Shown here in pieces: positions 51,836 through 64,000 of a stretch of 64,000 bases of DNA. Within the stretch, counting starts at the first letter, position 1, and each line of letters begins with the position of its first letter. The position numbers were made by a program, and so were the translations under genes. The notes beneath the pieces are model-generated. The model worked only from the letters and a program-made list of their open reading frames with translations. It was not told the origin of the DNA and did no database searches. The stretch spans positions 108,252,001 through 108,316,000 of the forward strand of contig OX597817.1 in assembly GCA_951406725.2 (NCBI GenBank), in the 5' to 3' direction. Source of the stretch: Octopus vulgaris (Eukaryota).

Positions 51836-52864
51836 CACGCGCGTCTTTGCTAGTGTCTGTTTTTCCTTTAGTTTTTGTTTACTTATACACATCAACAGAT
51901 GAGCCAATGCGGTACTCTGTGTGGTTGTTCAATTTGCTAGAAATAAGAGCCAAATCTTCCTCATGCTATGCTCTTGTTTGTATTAAGGAAAGGGAAAATG
52001 TCTACTCTTCTCCAGCATTACGTTTAAAATTAATATTTTTGATTTTGTTCGGCTCTATGAATCTATTTTTTTAAAAATGCTTCTGTCCATTGCTTGATAC
52101 TGGAAATTGGGATATCCTCACCAAAAATAGAGAAATTCTTACTTAACAAGAAATATAGAAAGAGAAAGAAAAGGTTCTGTCTTCCAAAGCCAAAAGATGT
52201 GTTTTTAGCTGGGGTGTAATTTTATAATTGAAACATATTCAAAATTTAAATTTTAGAACATAAAACTTACCACGTTATCTGGTGTGTAGCCGCAGTTCAA
52301 ATGGGTACAAAACCTAAAACAAATGTGTGTTGTGTGGTTGTGTCTTTAATAGCCAGGGGGTCAATTTAAGTTCAATCGCAGAAAGGAATTCAAAACGGCA
52401 ACACACGCAATCATATACATACATACATACACAAGTACATACCTATCAGCTACTCCCAAAAGCCAGTTTGATCCAAAATTCTGACCACCATTCTTTATAT
52501 ATTTGCACACACACATTCAGCTTTTCGCTTGTATTCATTACTTTTTTCTTTTAATCGTCTGTCACTATTAATCTATTTTTAGTTTTTGTTTTGGGGGTTT
52601 TCACTTTTGCGATACCAGTTACACATGGTACCAGGAATTTGCTTGGTGTCGTCATAGTGGAAAATGCTTTTTAAGTTTTTGAAAGTTTGAAACAAAATGA
52701 CACAGGTTTTTTTAAAGTGACTGTCGCAGAGATGTGAAAATATGGCTACCGCTCGTTAATTTCAAATTAATTTTCCCAAATATGAGGGTCTTCCAGCGCC
52801 CCCTCCCCCCATGCCTCCAAAATGCCCTCTTGTTGCTCCAAATGCACCCCGTTGAGAACCTTTG
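50325..52864. mobile_element. hAT (Charlie-like) non-autonomous element with nested insertions
   Basis: TIR TAAAGGTTCTCAAC / GTTGAGAACCTTTG; exact 8-bp TSD TCTTAGAC. Confidence 0.85.
51078..51636. mobile_element. Nested MITE with ~80-bp TIRs
   Basis: aattcgtggttttaaaata...ctctttataatttccaaataattttt mirrored at 51558-51636. Confidence 0.8.
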
Positions 52865-54940
52865 TCTTAGACCATAAACTAAAAATAGTGGAATTTACAT
52901 GTGAAACATTTGTGAATACATATTCTTAGAAGGATGAATAGAAAATTGGCAAGAGCCAAATGATTATTAAATGTTCTGATTAATGTCAATTATGTCACTT
53001 GTCTTACACTAATTGTCAGTTTATTTAATGCTTTATGTCTATAGAACACTTTCAAGAATTATTATGGTATTCTTCACGTTAAGTTACAATGCTGGAGCTC
53101 AATAATTTTCGCCATCCCAACTACGTGACCGCAAAGCTAATCAGTAGAGAAAGAGAAGCGGTACTCTATATAGAACGTGCAATGCAACAAGTCAGTGACT
53201 TCATATTTTGAAAGCGAATGCTTGCTAATCAGTCTGTAGAGAAGTAGGAAAAGTCATCTACGCTTTTATTCATTAGACGTTCCAACAGTTATATAAAGTT
53301 CCTCCAACAGATATGGTGCGTTTATGGTTTGATAATCTCCACTAAAATGGCAACACGATGTTGAAAGGTTAATAAATGTTCCTTGATTCATACAAGTTTA
53401 GAGAAATGGCAAACTGCGAAGAATATAGACTTCAGTGCACTAGCAATTTTATTTACTGTTAGATGACTGTGAAAGTATACTGTAAAGAAGTGGTAGAGTA
53501 CGCTGTGCAAGAGACGTACTCCGGTGGGAACGCTGTCCAAAGCGAAAAGATATAAAGTCATTCTACACTTTCTTTTGTAAATATCATATAATGATAATAG
53601 CGGGACTGAGTTAGTCCCATTGCTGCTGGTCGTAGGAGAAATAAAGAATTTGCTAATCCAACCTGGAATACGGTATTAGCGGTAAACAATTTTGAAAGGG
53701 ATGTACGGTATGAAATTTACTAGCACATTAGATAAACAGAGAAAGTTGGCATCGCAACAGGTTAAAAATGAAGTTCAAATATAGTTGTCCTTAGACACGA
53801 TGTAAGTAAAGAGACGATTTGTTTGTGTGTATGTGTGTGTGCGTTTACGTGTATGCATGTGTGGAAAGAGAGGGAGAGAGAAAAAGAGAGAGGAGGGGAG
53901 TGAAGGAGAGAGAGATATGAAATAGGTAGGCAAGCAATAGACAGATAGAGCTCTTATACGCATAAAAAAAAACTTAAGAGAGAGGAAAAAGCTATTTCTT
54001 TATTAGTCTAATTGTCTTCTTTCCTTCTATCTTTATTATTGTTTCTGTTTCACTGTCTCCATCTAATTACATCTCTCGCATTTGAGTCTCTACTACTCGT
54101 TTCTACGAGTAAACTTTCTCACCTAGGGCATCTATATTTCCGTTTATTAAACAGGGAAAATACTGTGTGCACAATTCATAGACAATTTTATTAAAAGAGT
54201 CATGACGAGACAACATGAACTGTGACAATATAATAATAATGAAGGAAATTGTTGCATACAGTGCTCAGGTGCACTTTGTGACTGTGGAACAGTCCTAACC
54301 AGTCGCCCCCAGGTCTGCTAGTTATTGTATTTCTATTGTTGGAATGATCCTAGAAATGACAACGAATGCGTTAAATAAGTTAAAGAATTGATATGAACAC
54401 GAATTATAATGATTTTGTCCCTTCGCATAAATGCAAAACCAACATGCATACATACATACATAAAAAAATATATATATAGTGAGCTTTTATGTATTCACAC
54501 GTCGTTGATTCTATATTGCTTATACTTTTTCTTTTTATTTATACGTGTGTGTGAAAGACATGTACTAAGGATAGACATAGAATTAAACATTTATTGTATA
54601 TATTTGCAGACGCAATTTGTACCCCCAACAATCCGACAAGAGTGCGAAATATGAAGCGAAACAAAATCGCAGTTGACAATGAGAGTTAGCTACCTTTATA
54701 TTGATCTTTTCCATCGAAGTCAAATAGTATCAGCATTTTGCCAACAAATGAATATTACGGATAATTTATTGTAAAGTGGAAACTAATTAAGTTTACTAAG
54801 TTATATGACGCAACTACTAAACTAATCACTCTAGTTTTTTTGTATATCAATGTGAGGCTTTTAACTATATAAATATATACATATATATATTGAAAAAAAG
54901 TCAAGATAGAAAATGCTAAATTAATTTTATAAAAAAACAT

Positions 54941-54981
54941 TTCAGTACCGGTTTCAGTTATTGAGACTTTTTCAACTGTAA
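54941..54981 (-). ncRNA. Second U3:A8 hammerhead motif (same family as 8176)
   Basis: TTACAG-TTGAAAA-AGT(CTCAATA)ACT-GAAA-CCGGT-A-CTGAA; flank 54925-55070 homologous to 8090-8235. Confidence 0.7.
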
Positions 54982-55127
54982 CAGTTAAACAATTAAATTT
55001 AGAAAAATTAAAAGAAAAGTTTTTTAAAAAGAATATTTGTATAGTATTCAAATACAAGTGGCATATTCCTTGTTTCTGCCTGTCTCTGTCTCTCTTGTTT
55101 ACTCTTCTGGGTTTGAGGTCATTGTGG

Positions 55128-55177
<50 letters not shown>

Positions 55178-55329
55178 TGATGATTTGTTGCCAACTTAAT
55201 GTGGCAGTCCCAGGAAAAGGAAAAATGCTACTGCCATTTAACCCCAGGAAATACCGTTTCCAGCTGGCCATGTAACACAAGCGTTCTGTGTCCTTATGTT
55301 TTCAAACAAGGGAGGGGGTTAAGTAACAA

Positions 55330-57620
55330 TTCTGCCAGCTTGCCAAATGAGGATTAAGGCCAGCATGTTTAGGGAGTTGGGGGTAGTGAATTGCATCAAC
55401 CCCAGTGGTCAACTGAAACTTATTAACCCTTAAAGGATGAAAAGCAAAGTCGATCTCAGTGGAATTTGAGCTCAGAACATAAAAAGCTAGAAGAAATTCT
55501 GCTAAGCATTTTGTTTGATGTACTAACAATTCTGCCATCCTGTCACTTTAGATGATAATGAAAATAATGATTTCAAATTTTTGCACTAGGTCAGCAATTT
55601 TGGGGTAGGAGTAAGTCGATTATATCGACCCCAGTGCTTAACTTGTACTTATTTTATTGACCTGAAAAGGTGAAAGGTAAAGTTGACCTTGGTGAAATTT
55701 GAATTCAGGGATCTTTTCCTTTTGAATGACACATGTCAACACAATTTCTAGTTAACTAAACACTTTAAAACTTCGTATACTGGTAGAATGTGTCAAAATA
55801 AAACACTTTTTTTCTCTTGGCTTTCTTGAGAAAATTGTAATTTGTAAGTTTAACATAGTTTAATTTTTCGAATTTTAACCAATCCTATGCCCTCTATTTA
55901 GCTAAAATCATTTGCTGCGTCTAAAACTGAGACAACATCCTGTCACTAACCCTAACTCTAACCCTAACCCTCACCCTAACCCTAACTCTAAATTTTAGCC
56001 TTTCATTTTTTTTTTCTTAATTGTTAAATTAATTTAATTGTTACGCGTGTGTCTAAAATTATTCGTTTTGTTTTTGTTTTGAGTTTTTGTTTTCGTTTTA
56101 GCCTTTCATTTTTTTTTTCTTAATTGTTAAATTAAAATTATTTTCCATTGCTTTCGTTTTAGCCTTTCGTTTTGTTTTTCTTAATTGTTATCCTTAAATT
56201 AATTTAACAATTAAGAAAAAAAAATGAAAGGCTAAAATTTAGGGTTAGTGACAGGATGTTGTCTCAGTTTTAGACGCAGCAAATGATTTTAGCTAAATAG
56301 AGGGCATAGGATTGGTTAAAATTCGAAAAATTAAACTACGTTAAACAAACAAATTACAATTTTCTCAAGAAAGCCAAGAGAAAAAAATGTTTTATTTTGA
56401 CACATTCTACCAGTATACGAAGTTTAAAAGTGTTTAGTTAACTAGAAATTGTGTTGAAAAGTGCTGTTCAAAAAGGAAAAGATCCGAATTCAGTATGTAG
56501 CAGCAGATGTAACACAGATAAGCATTTCATCTGGTGTGCCTATGATTCTGCCAGCTCGCCACCTTAAAATCCTTTCTAGTAAAGGTACAAGGTCTGAAAT
56601 TTGGTGTGAATGGACTAATCCATTACATTGACCACAGTGTTTCACTGGTATTTAATTTATTGGCCCCAAAAGGATGAAAGGCAAAGTTGACTTCAGTGGA
56701 ATTAGATCTCAGAAAGTAGAGAGCTGAAATACCGCTAAGCATTTCACCCAGCATGCTAACTATTCTACCAGCCCACCGTCTATAATAATAATAATGATGA
56801 TGATGATGATGATGATGATAACAAACACCTTGATGCAATATCAGGCAATGGCTTTCATGGCTTTTGATCTTAACTGATTGGAAGTGTTATCACGTATGTT
56901 TTGTCTTGGTATAAAAGATGGGCTACAGCAAATATTCTGCTCAATGCCACTGATTTGCTTCTCAGTTACTTGACCTTGACCACTTGAATATGTCCCTTAG
57001 TGGCTGATGATATGAGCAGCTCTGATCACAAGCAGGAGTAGTGGGGAGCACCATAGACATGTGTTGAGAGGACTTCTTTGAGATTTGAATAATTCACCTC
57101 TGGAAACATGGGTGTTTTGTTCATCACTCTGAAACAGACCTTATTCAGGGATCTTTTGAGTGGGATGGGCTACTTGACCTGAAGAAAATTCTAAGTGTGT
57201 CCCTCCTGCAAGGTCATGCTCTGTTTTATCTTGATATGAAATCACCATGTTGTACATATATGGTTGCAGTGCATGCACCTGGTGTACCATTATCAGACAG
57301 GTGATCACGATGAGTATATTGGGCTTCATATAGTTGTACCTCAGTGTCACTTTGATGGCATACATTGCTCTCTCAGTCAATAATAATAATGATAATAATA
57401 ATAGTTTCAAATGTTGACACAGGGCCAGCAGCTTTTGATGAAGAGGGGAAAGTTGATTACAGCAACCCCAGTACTTGACTGGTACTTATTTTATTGACCC
57501 CCCAAGAGGATGAAAGACAAAACTGATTCCAGTAGCATTTGAATACATAACATAAAGAGCTAGAAGAAATGCTACTAAGCATTTTATCCAGGGTACTAAT
57601 GATTCTGCCTGCTTGATATC
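55330..57620 (-). mobile_element. Cluster of co-oriented Nin-domain-type SINEs
   Basis: Copies at ~55330, 55570 (split by a MITE), 56570 and 57405. Confidence 0.75.
55709..56485. mobile_element. Merlin-like fold-back MITE
   Basis: GGATC...GATCC termini, ~280-320-bp arms, exact 8-bp TSD GAATTCAG, (TAACCC)n at ~55947-55990. Confidence 0.9.
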
Positions 57621-58289
57621 CCTTTATTAATACGTGATTAATAATAGTAATATAATAATACTAGATGAAACAGAAGAACCTACTGTGAATGCTTTTGAGA
57701 TAATATCAAATGGCATTCACAAATACCATGATCAAATACAGGAATCCCTCACTTTACAGAAGCAATGTGTTCCTGAAAATCTGGCTATAATGCGAAATTC
57801 CATAATATGAAGTTAATTTACCTATTGATATTCATATTATCAAGTGAAATGGCATTCTTTTTTTTTTTTAGAAAAAAAGAAGAAAAAGAAGGAGCACAAG
57901 AAATCAGTAGAGAACAAGCAACACAGTCACCTTTATACATGAAAAAACATATGCAGTACAATATAAATACATGGAAATAATAATAATTATATAGATACTT
58001 AAAAATAATATAATGTAGATACATGAAAATAACACACAGTACAATATAAATACATAAAACCAAAATTATTTCTACAGGACTACTTTAGAGAATTAATAAG
58101 AATCATATCATAAGAGTATGTTCTTACTACAAAAGATGTTGACTACTCTGTGAGGGGTAGCAGTGGAATGAGTGTTACTAAGAGGATGAGCAGCAATATT
58201 TATTATCTTATAGTTCATTCTCATGAACTTCAGCTTGAGAGGCAAAAAATTTATACAAAGCTGTTTGTTGTTTATATAACATCATCTCT

Positions 58290-58790
58290 TCATACAGCCC
58301 AGAGCAGGAACCTGAGCTCATTGTAAACTCCTTTGTAATTTTCATGTTATTTTCATGATTACAATCTTTATCAGCAAAAACCTGCCAAGCGTCCTTGATA
58401 TGTGCCAGCCCTTAAACAATAATTTTTGTAGTCAATTTAAGTGGTGTAGGTGGAATTTCTGTTGTCTCTTCTGTATTCTCAGTTTCTTTTTCTAACAACA
58501 TCAGCTTCATGTCAGATAAACTTTCTCTCTGGGATTCTAGCAACACAATCACATCATCCTCTATAGCTTCTTCAAATCCTACATCATTTGCAAATGTCTC
58601 AATATCTTTCCAAATTTGATGTAGACTTTATGCTTGAGGGAAACTTGTAATCTCATGCATACAGTCTGGCCATATACTTTTCCAAGCACTTTTCAAAGTT
58701 GAAGGTTTCACTTCATCTCATGACTCAGCTATATTATCCATAGCTTTCATTATGTTGAATTTCTTCCAGAAATCTCTAACTGTAGGTTGT
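58290..58790 (-). mobile_element. Tigger/pogo transposase remnant
   Basis: TVRDFWKKFNIMKAMDNIAES*DEVKPSTLKSAWKSIWPDC; GFEEAIEDDVIVLLES. Confidence 0.8.
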
Positions 58791-59519
58791 AATAATAATA
58801 ATAATAATAATAATGATAATCATCACCACCACCACCACCACCACCACCACACCACACCACCACCACCATTTAATGTCCACTTTCTATACTGGCATGGGTT
58901 GGATGGTTTGACTAACTAGTAAACCAGAGGGCGGCACCAGAATCCAGTCTGATTTGCCAACCACTCCAAGAGTGTAATGAATGCTTTTTACAAGCCACCG
59001 GTATGTATTGTTATTACTGCTTAGTCTTTATCAATCCTCATAGATGTAAGATCAAAGACATTGCATTCAATTTTTAAAAATGCTCTATGACACCTCATTA
59101 TATGTTTTTATTTGAAATGGATTTGCTTGTCTTCTTCATACTATATATTACTGTTGCTTTGGTGGATGTGTTGGTGCTGCTGATAGAAACACACACACAT
59201 ATACACAAATACTTTCTTTTATAAATAGAATATACATATATATTCTCATATTATGTACATTATATATATACATGTGTGTATATGTGTGCATGTATATGTA
59301 TAACGTGATTATAGTTTTCCAAATAGTTGAATATATACGTTGATCTTAAATAAAACACAAATGCTGATTGAACTAAAAAATAAGTATAGTTTTAAATTGT
59401 TAGCAAAATTACAGACCATATCCCCAAATTAATGGTCATACTTCACAATTTCTGTAAGTATGAAATTCCACAACCTGAGGTATCCATAACATGGGTGATG
59501 CCTGTACCAGGATTAATAA

Positions 59520-60345
59520 ATTAAGTACTTGACTGGTACTTAATTTATTAATCCCGAAAGGATGAAAGGCAAAGTCAATTATGGCGGAATCTGAACTCAG
59601 AATGTAAAGATGCACAAAATGTTGCTAAGTTATTTTGCCCAGCATGCTAATAATTCTGCCAGCTCACCACCTTGTAATGGTAGTGATATAATAATACTAA
59701 TTCGTTCTGATTTTGGCATGAGGCCAGCAATTCTGAGGGCAGGGGTTTAGTTAAATACATCGATCTGTGCTAGTATTTGGCTGGTACTTAAAAGCTGAAG
59801 AGCAAAGCTGACCTCAGATAGATTTCAACTCAGAATCTAAAGAGCTGGGACAAATGCTGCTAAGCATATTAGTAATGTTAAGAATTCTTTCTAGTATACG
59901 AACAAGGCCTGAAATTTTGCAAGAACAGGTTAAATGATTAAATCAACCCTAGCACTCAGCTGGTGCTTATTTTATCAACCCCAAAAGGATAAAAGTAAAG
60001 TCGATCTTGGTGGAATGTAAAGATGGATAAAATGCCACTAAGCATTTTAATAACAATCCCTTCTACTATAGGCACATAGCCTGAAATATGGGGGAGGGGC
60101 TGCTCAATTACATCCAGTGCTCAACAGGTACCTATTTCATCGACTCCAGAAGGATGAAAGGCAAAGTTGAATTTAGCAGAACATAAATTTAGAAAAAATG
60201 TTGCTAAGGATTTTGTTCAGTGTGTTAACAGTTCTGCCAGCTCACCATCTTCATTTTAATAATGATGATAATAATAATGCTTTGAAATTTTGGTACAAGA
60301 CCAGCAATTTCAGGTGTGGGATAGGTCGATTACATCGACCCAAGT
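59520..60345 (-). mobile_element. Head-to-tail array of about 5 Nin-domain-type SINEs
   Basis: Consecutive ~180-bp diverged units with short AT-rich spacers. Confidence 0.8.
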
Positions 60346-61020
60346 GCATTAAGGAAAACATTATGGGCAGTACAGGACAAAATAAAAAAATGTGTGTGCG
60401 TGTATGTGTGAGTGAGTGTGCTGTGATGGTTTTGCATGTAAAAAAAGATTAACAAGCTTAGAAAAAAAAAATCAATGGTGTGTCACCCTCAATAGGGAGG
60501 AGATGTTCAAGGGCTGCTCATGGAAAAAAACCCCATAAAAACCATGGGTACTCTGACTTTTGGGGCTGGTGCCTTTTTTTCCAACTCAGGGCATTCTCAC
60601 CACTTTCATCTACCTTTCAGCAAACTGGCTAGAAGACAACACTTCCCTCTATACCCTTATTTTCCTTTTCAAGTGAAACTTGAAGAAGTTGATTAGGGAT
60701 TGGTGAAAAAGAAAAGTGTTTGTCTTCAGCCCCTTCAATCTCGTCCACCATACAACTTTCACCATGACCACCAGGCATATAAACACAGCCTTTCCTTCCC
60801 ACTTAAAGGAAGGCGATGGGGTGATCTTCACGAGGGATTCAGTTGACAGCCGGATTTGTCTTACACATGACAGAGGTGTTTGACATAAACCTACAGGTCA
60901 GCAATGCTTGGGCACTGGATGGGTGCATGCAGGGCCGTTTCATTGTACTGCAGGCATCTCAGGCATGCTCAACTGACGGCACTTCCGTGCCTGTAAAGTT
61001 TATGTTCTCCAGTAGCACTG

Positions 61021-61565
61021 CCAGGCCAGAGATTTTTTTTTTCCCATGAGAGTTCCAGACCCCAGTTATGAACTCATTTGCACACAGCCAACCAGAGCTC
61101 AATTATCAAACTAATCTATGAGTGCATAACAAGTGATGGACGATAAGATAAGGTCACTTGGGTAAGGAATAGCCATGCTTATTTTCTCTTTTAAGAATGC
61201 TTACTGTTCTTGTTCCTGTTTCAACCATGGCTGCCTCTGCATAATTATTTGTGTTGTTTACTTTCTAAAACAATAAGGAGAAAGGGTTGCTAGCACATCA
61301 ACCTCTACACATTTTTCCCATCCACATCTTTGCCATATGAGACCCTAACAAAATCCAATAATAGGTATAGATGCAAATATAATTACTTGTTTACTTCTAG
61401 AATCAGGCATAATTTGGCGATTGGTCAACTTACAACACTGTTCTTCATCTTGAGTTTACTTGATAGTGTGTGTTTGTTAACTTGAGCTCTGATTGACTGT
61501 ATGCAAATAAATTCATTACTGGGGTCCAGAACTTTTGTGGGAAAAAAATTTCACATCCCGGGCTG
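61021..61565. mobile_element. MITE related to 47758-48447
   Basis: cccatgagagttccagaccccagttatgaactcatttgcacacagccaaccagagctcaa and its inverse at 61482-61542. Confidence 0.75.
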
Positions 61566-61639
61566 AAAGTTCTCTGGAAAAGAGTGACTAGCTAATCTTC
61601 TATGCCCAAGGTCTCCCCAAGAACTTCGTTGCACTTTCC

Positions 61640-62305
61640 CTCAGCTAATAAAGAACTAAAGTGGTCGTTCCACCTATCACTGTGTTCAATTGGTTGAGGG
61701 CTGTGAGTGCTTGAAAACATTCCACTTTCCAAATGCTCCTCATTGGTCTCTGTTTTACCCAGGACTGCAGCTCCATTAAAGAAACTAGCAGCAGAAATAC
61801 ATGTCTGGTGAATGGTGACCGCACCTGTTCACCATCAAGGAAGCACATGTCTGCGCATCATCAACTATGGCATGCCCAGGCCACCACGCAGTGGGTGTTG
61901 TGTAGTAGTGGCTCAAGAGTCAGTATATACAAGAGAGACGAGAGGGGAAAACCTTGTCGGACTGAGCACATGGTGTTGAATGGCTCCGAGAAGGGACTGT
62001 TCACATCTGTTCACCACTGAACAGATGTCACTGTGTATTGCAGTGATCCAGTCCTTGAATGCAGGCCCCAAACCAGCTGCCTTGAGGACCATCACCAGGC
62101 ATAGATAGTCGACTCTATTGAAAGCTTTAGACAGATCTAAATTGATCAGGGCCCCACCTGTGCCAGGTTCTTTAGTCACTTTCTCAATGATTTAGTGCAT
62201 GAGGTGGAGGTTGTTGTGGATGGATCTTTCCGGGATGGCGCATGTCTATGTCTTCCCTACCAGATCCCCGACAAGCACCAACCTCATAGCTAACACTTTG
62301 ACCAA
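61640..62305 (-). mobile_element. L1/Tx1-clade LINE RT remnant
   Basis: GALINLDLSKAFNRVD, VRQGFPLSSLLYILTLEPLL. Confidence 0.85.
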
Positions 62306-62627
62306 ATAATAGTAATGGCATCTGATTTAGGCACAAGGCCAGTAATTTTGTTGACCCCCAGTAATTGATTGCTACTTATTTTAGCAATGTTAGAGTATAA
62401 AGCTAACCAATTTATTTGTGGTCAATTCCCTGAATCATATAGTATTACTTATCTTATTCAGAATGGAAAATCTAATTACATCTCTCTTGATGGGTATAGG
62501 AGTAGCCCTGTTTTTAAAATCTTTACTATACAGCTATATGGTTCTGGATTCAATTTCTGTGCATGATACATTGCAAGTTGATGACGATCTTGTGAATGGA
62601 ATAAACTACAAAAGCATGTTGCATCTC

Positions 62628-62665
<38 letters not shown>

Positions 62666-62966
62666 TGTGTGTGTGTACGTGCATGCATGTGCATGTGTTT
62701 ATATCTTTTACTAATGTATATTGAGGAAATATGTTAGCACCAGCAAGAAAACTTAGTACATATATATATATAAAATCAACTGCTTTTCAATATTTGTTCT
62801 GTACTAAGTTATAGACGTTCCCTTATTATTTTCATTGCAATGAACTCTCAATGAAGTGGACCAGAGAGTAGTCTATTGAAAACCTAAAACTAACAACACT
62901 CGTTTACAAACTGTGATATAGAATAAAGACCTTACTGTGTGTTAAATGGGAACAGGAACATGTTAT

Positions 62967-63156
62967 GTGAGGAAGTGCTGTAAGGTTCCTGTCTTTAAGG
63001 GTATCATGAAAGACCTGGTTGGGCCACCAACTAAGCTTTTGTGAGTTCTTTTATAAAGTTTAGAAAAACTGAAGGACTGTTGCAATAAGTGTGTGAATCT
63101 GATCCTCCTGTATTTTCTTTTACTCAAAACCAGGAACTTTTCAATACCCTCTTGTA
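62967..63156 (+). mobile_element. Mariner-derived MITE
   Basis: Reverse-orientation homolog of 24876-25086. Confidence 0.65.
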
Positions 63157-63619
63157 TATCTTTAGACAGCCTGCTTACACTTGATATATGATGCCTGTAA
63201 GATAGACCACTGATTACAAATGAAACTTAATCTAAAAATCTGGACATCTCTTCAGTGCTGGGTCTACACCAGCTGAGCAGCATTATTCAACAACAATGAT
63301 AAACTGTCACACGGGTATTTGGAACATTTTGCCACCACCATCATAATCATGATCATCGTCATTGTTGTTTAACATTTTCCTTCCATACTAGCATGGATTG
63401 AATGGTTTGACTGGAGCTGGTCAGACAGAAGTCTGCACCATTCTTCTGTGTTTGGCATGGTGGTTTTGAATGAATGCCCTTCCTAACACTAAACACTCTG
63501 CAGAGTGGGCTGAGTGCTTTTTACATGGCATCAACACAGGTGAGATTAGTTTTGGCATGGCTTTTACAGTTTGATGCCCTTCCAAATGCCTACCACTTTA
63601 CAGTGTGAACTAATTATAA

Positions 63620-63790
63620 TTTAACATTTTCCACAAAGTACAGTTTAACATTTTTCTCAATACGTTTTAACATTTTCCTCATTAAATGCATAATCTTTTC
63701 CACATAGTATTGTTTAACATTTTCCATATAGTACAGATTGATTAGCATCTACACATGTTATAGCTTAACATTTTCTGCATAATACAGTTC
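63620..63790 (+). repeat. Degenerate minisatellite
   Basis: Repeated ttaacatttt(t)cc/t...atagtacag units. Confidence 0.6.
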
Positions 63791-64000
63791 ATTTAGATAA
63801 AACTCTCTTGAAGATGGTCTACCTTATCTAAAAACATTTAAATCTCTCATGGAAGAATTTTTGTTGTTTGATGTTAAAAAGCCTCTTTATTAATTAATTT
63901 ATTGTAGATTAATTACACTGTGTAACATGATTTTTGCCCTTGAGTAGCAAGTGTTATTTCCTAATATTTCCTTCAGACTTTGCTTTTGTTGCATTTATTC

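Noticed and set aside
55947-55990. Interstitial telomere or fusion site
   Set aside because: Short, degenerate and internal to a TSD-flanked MITE.

Overview
AT-rich, microsatellite- and repeat-dense animal genomic DNA. The SINE families, (TA)n/(CA)n tracts and composition suggest a coleoid cephalopod such as Octopus (inference). The only convincing host CDS is an intronless Janus/ocnus (PHPT1-like) phosphohistidine phosphatase at 2340-2717. A near-identical, inverted, frameshifted copy of its 5' end lies about 39 kb away. The rest is transposon debris: a Penelope-like (Naiad-type) element, mariner, Mag-gypsy, Helitrons, hAT, Tigger, RTE and Tx1 LINEs, many MITEs/fold-backs and tRNA-derived SINEs. 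The main hidden signal is a set of hammerhead-ribozyme-like motifs in several distinct short non-coding elements. Many sit in inverted pairs beside (TA)n, and they include core variants (U3:A8 with stem II covariation; C4) and one fused to a tRNA-like Pol III head. All structures were read by eye; none was computed or tested.
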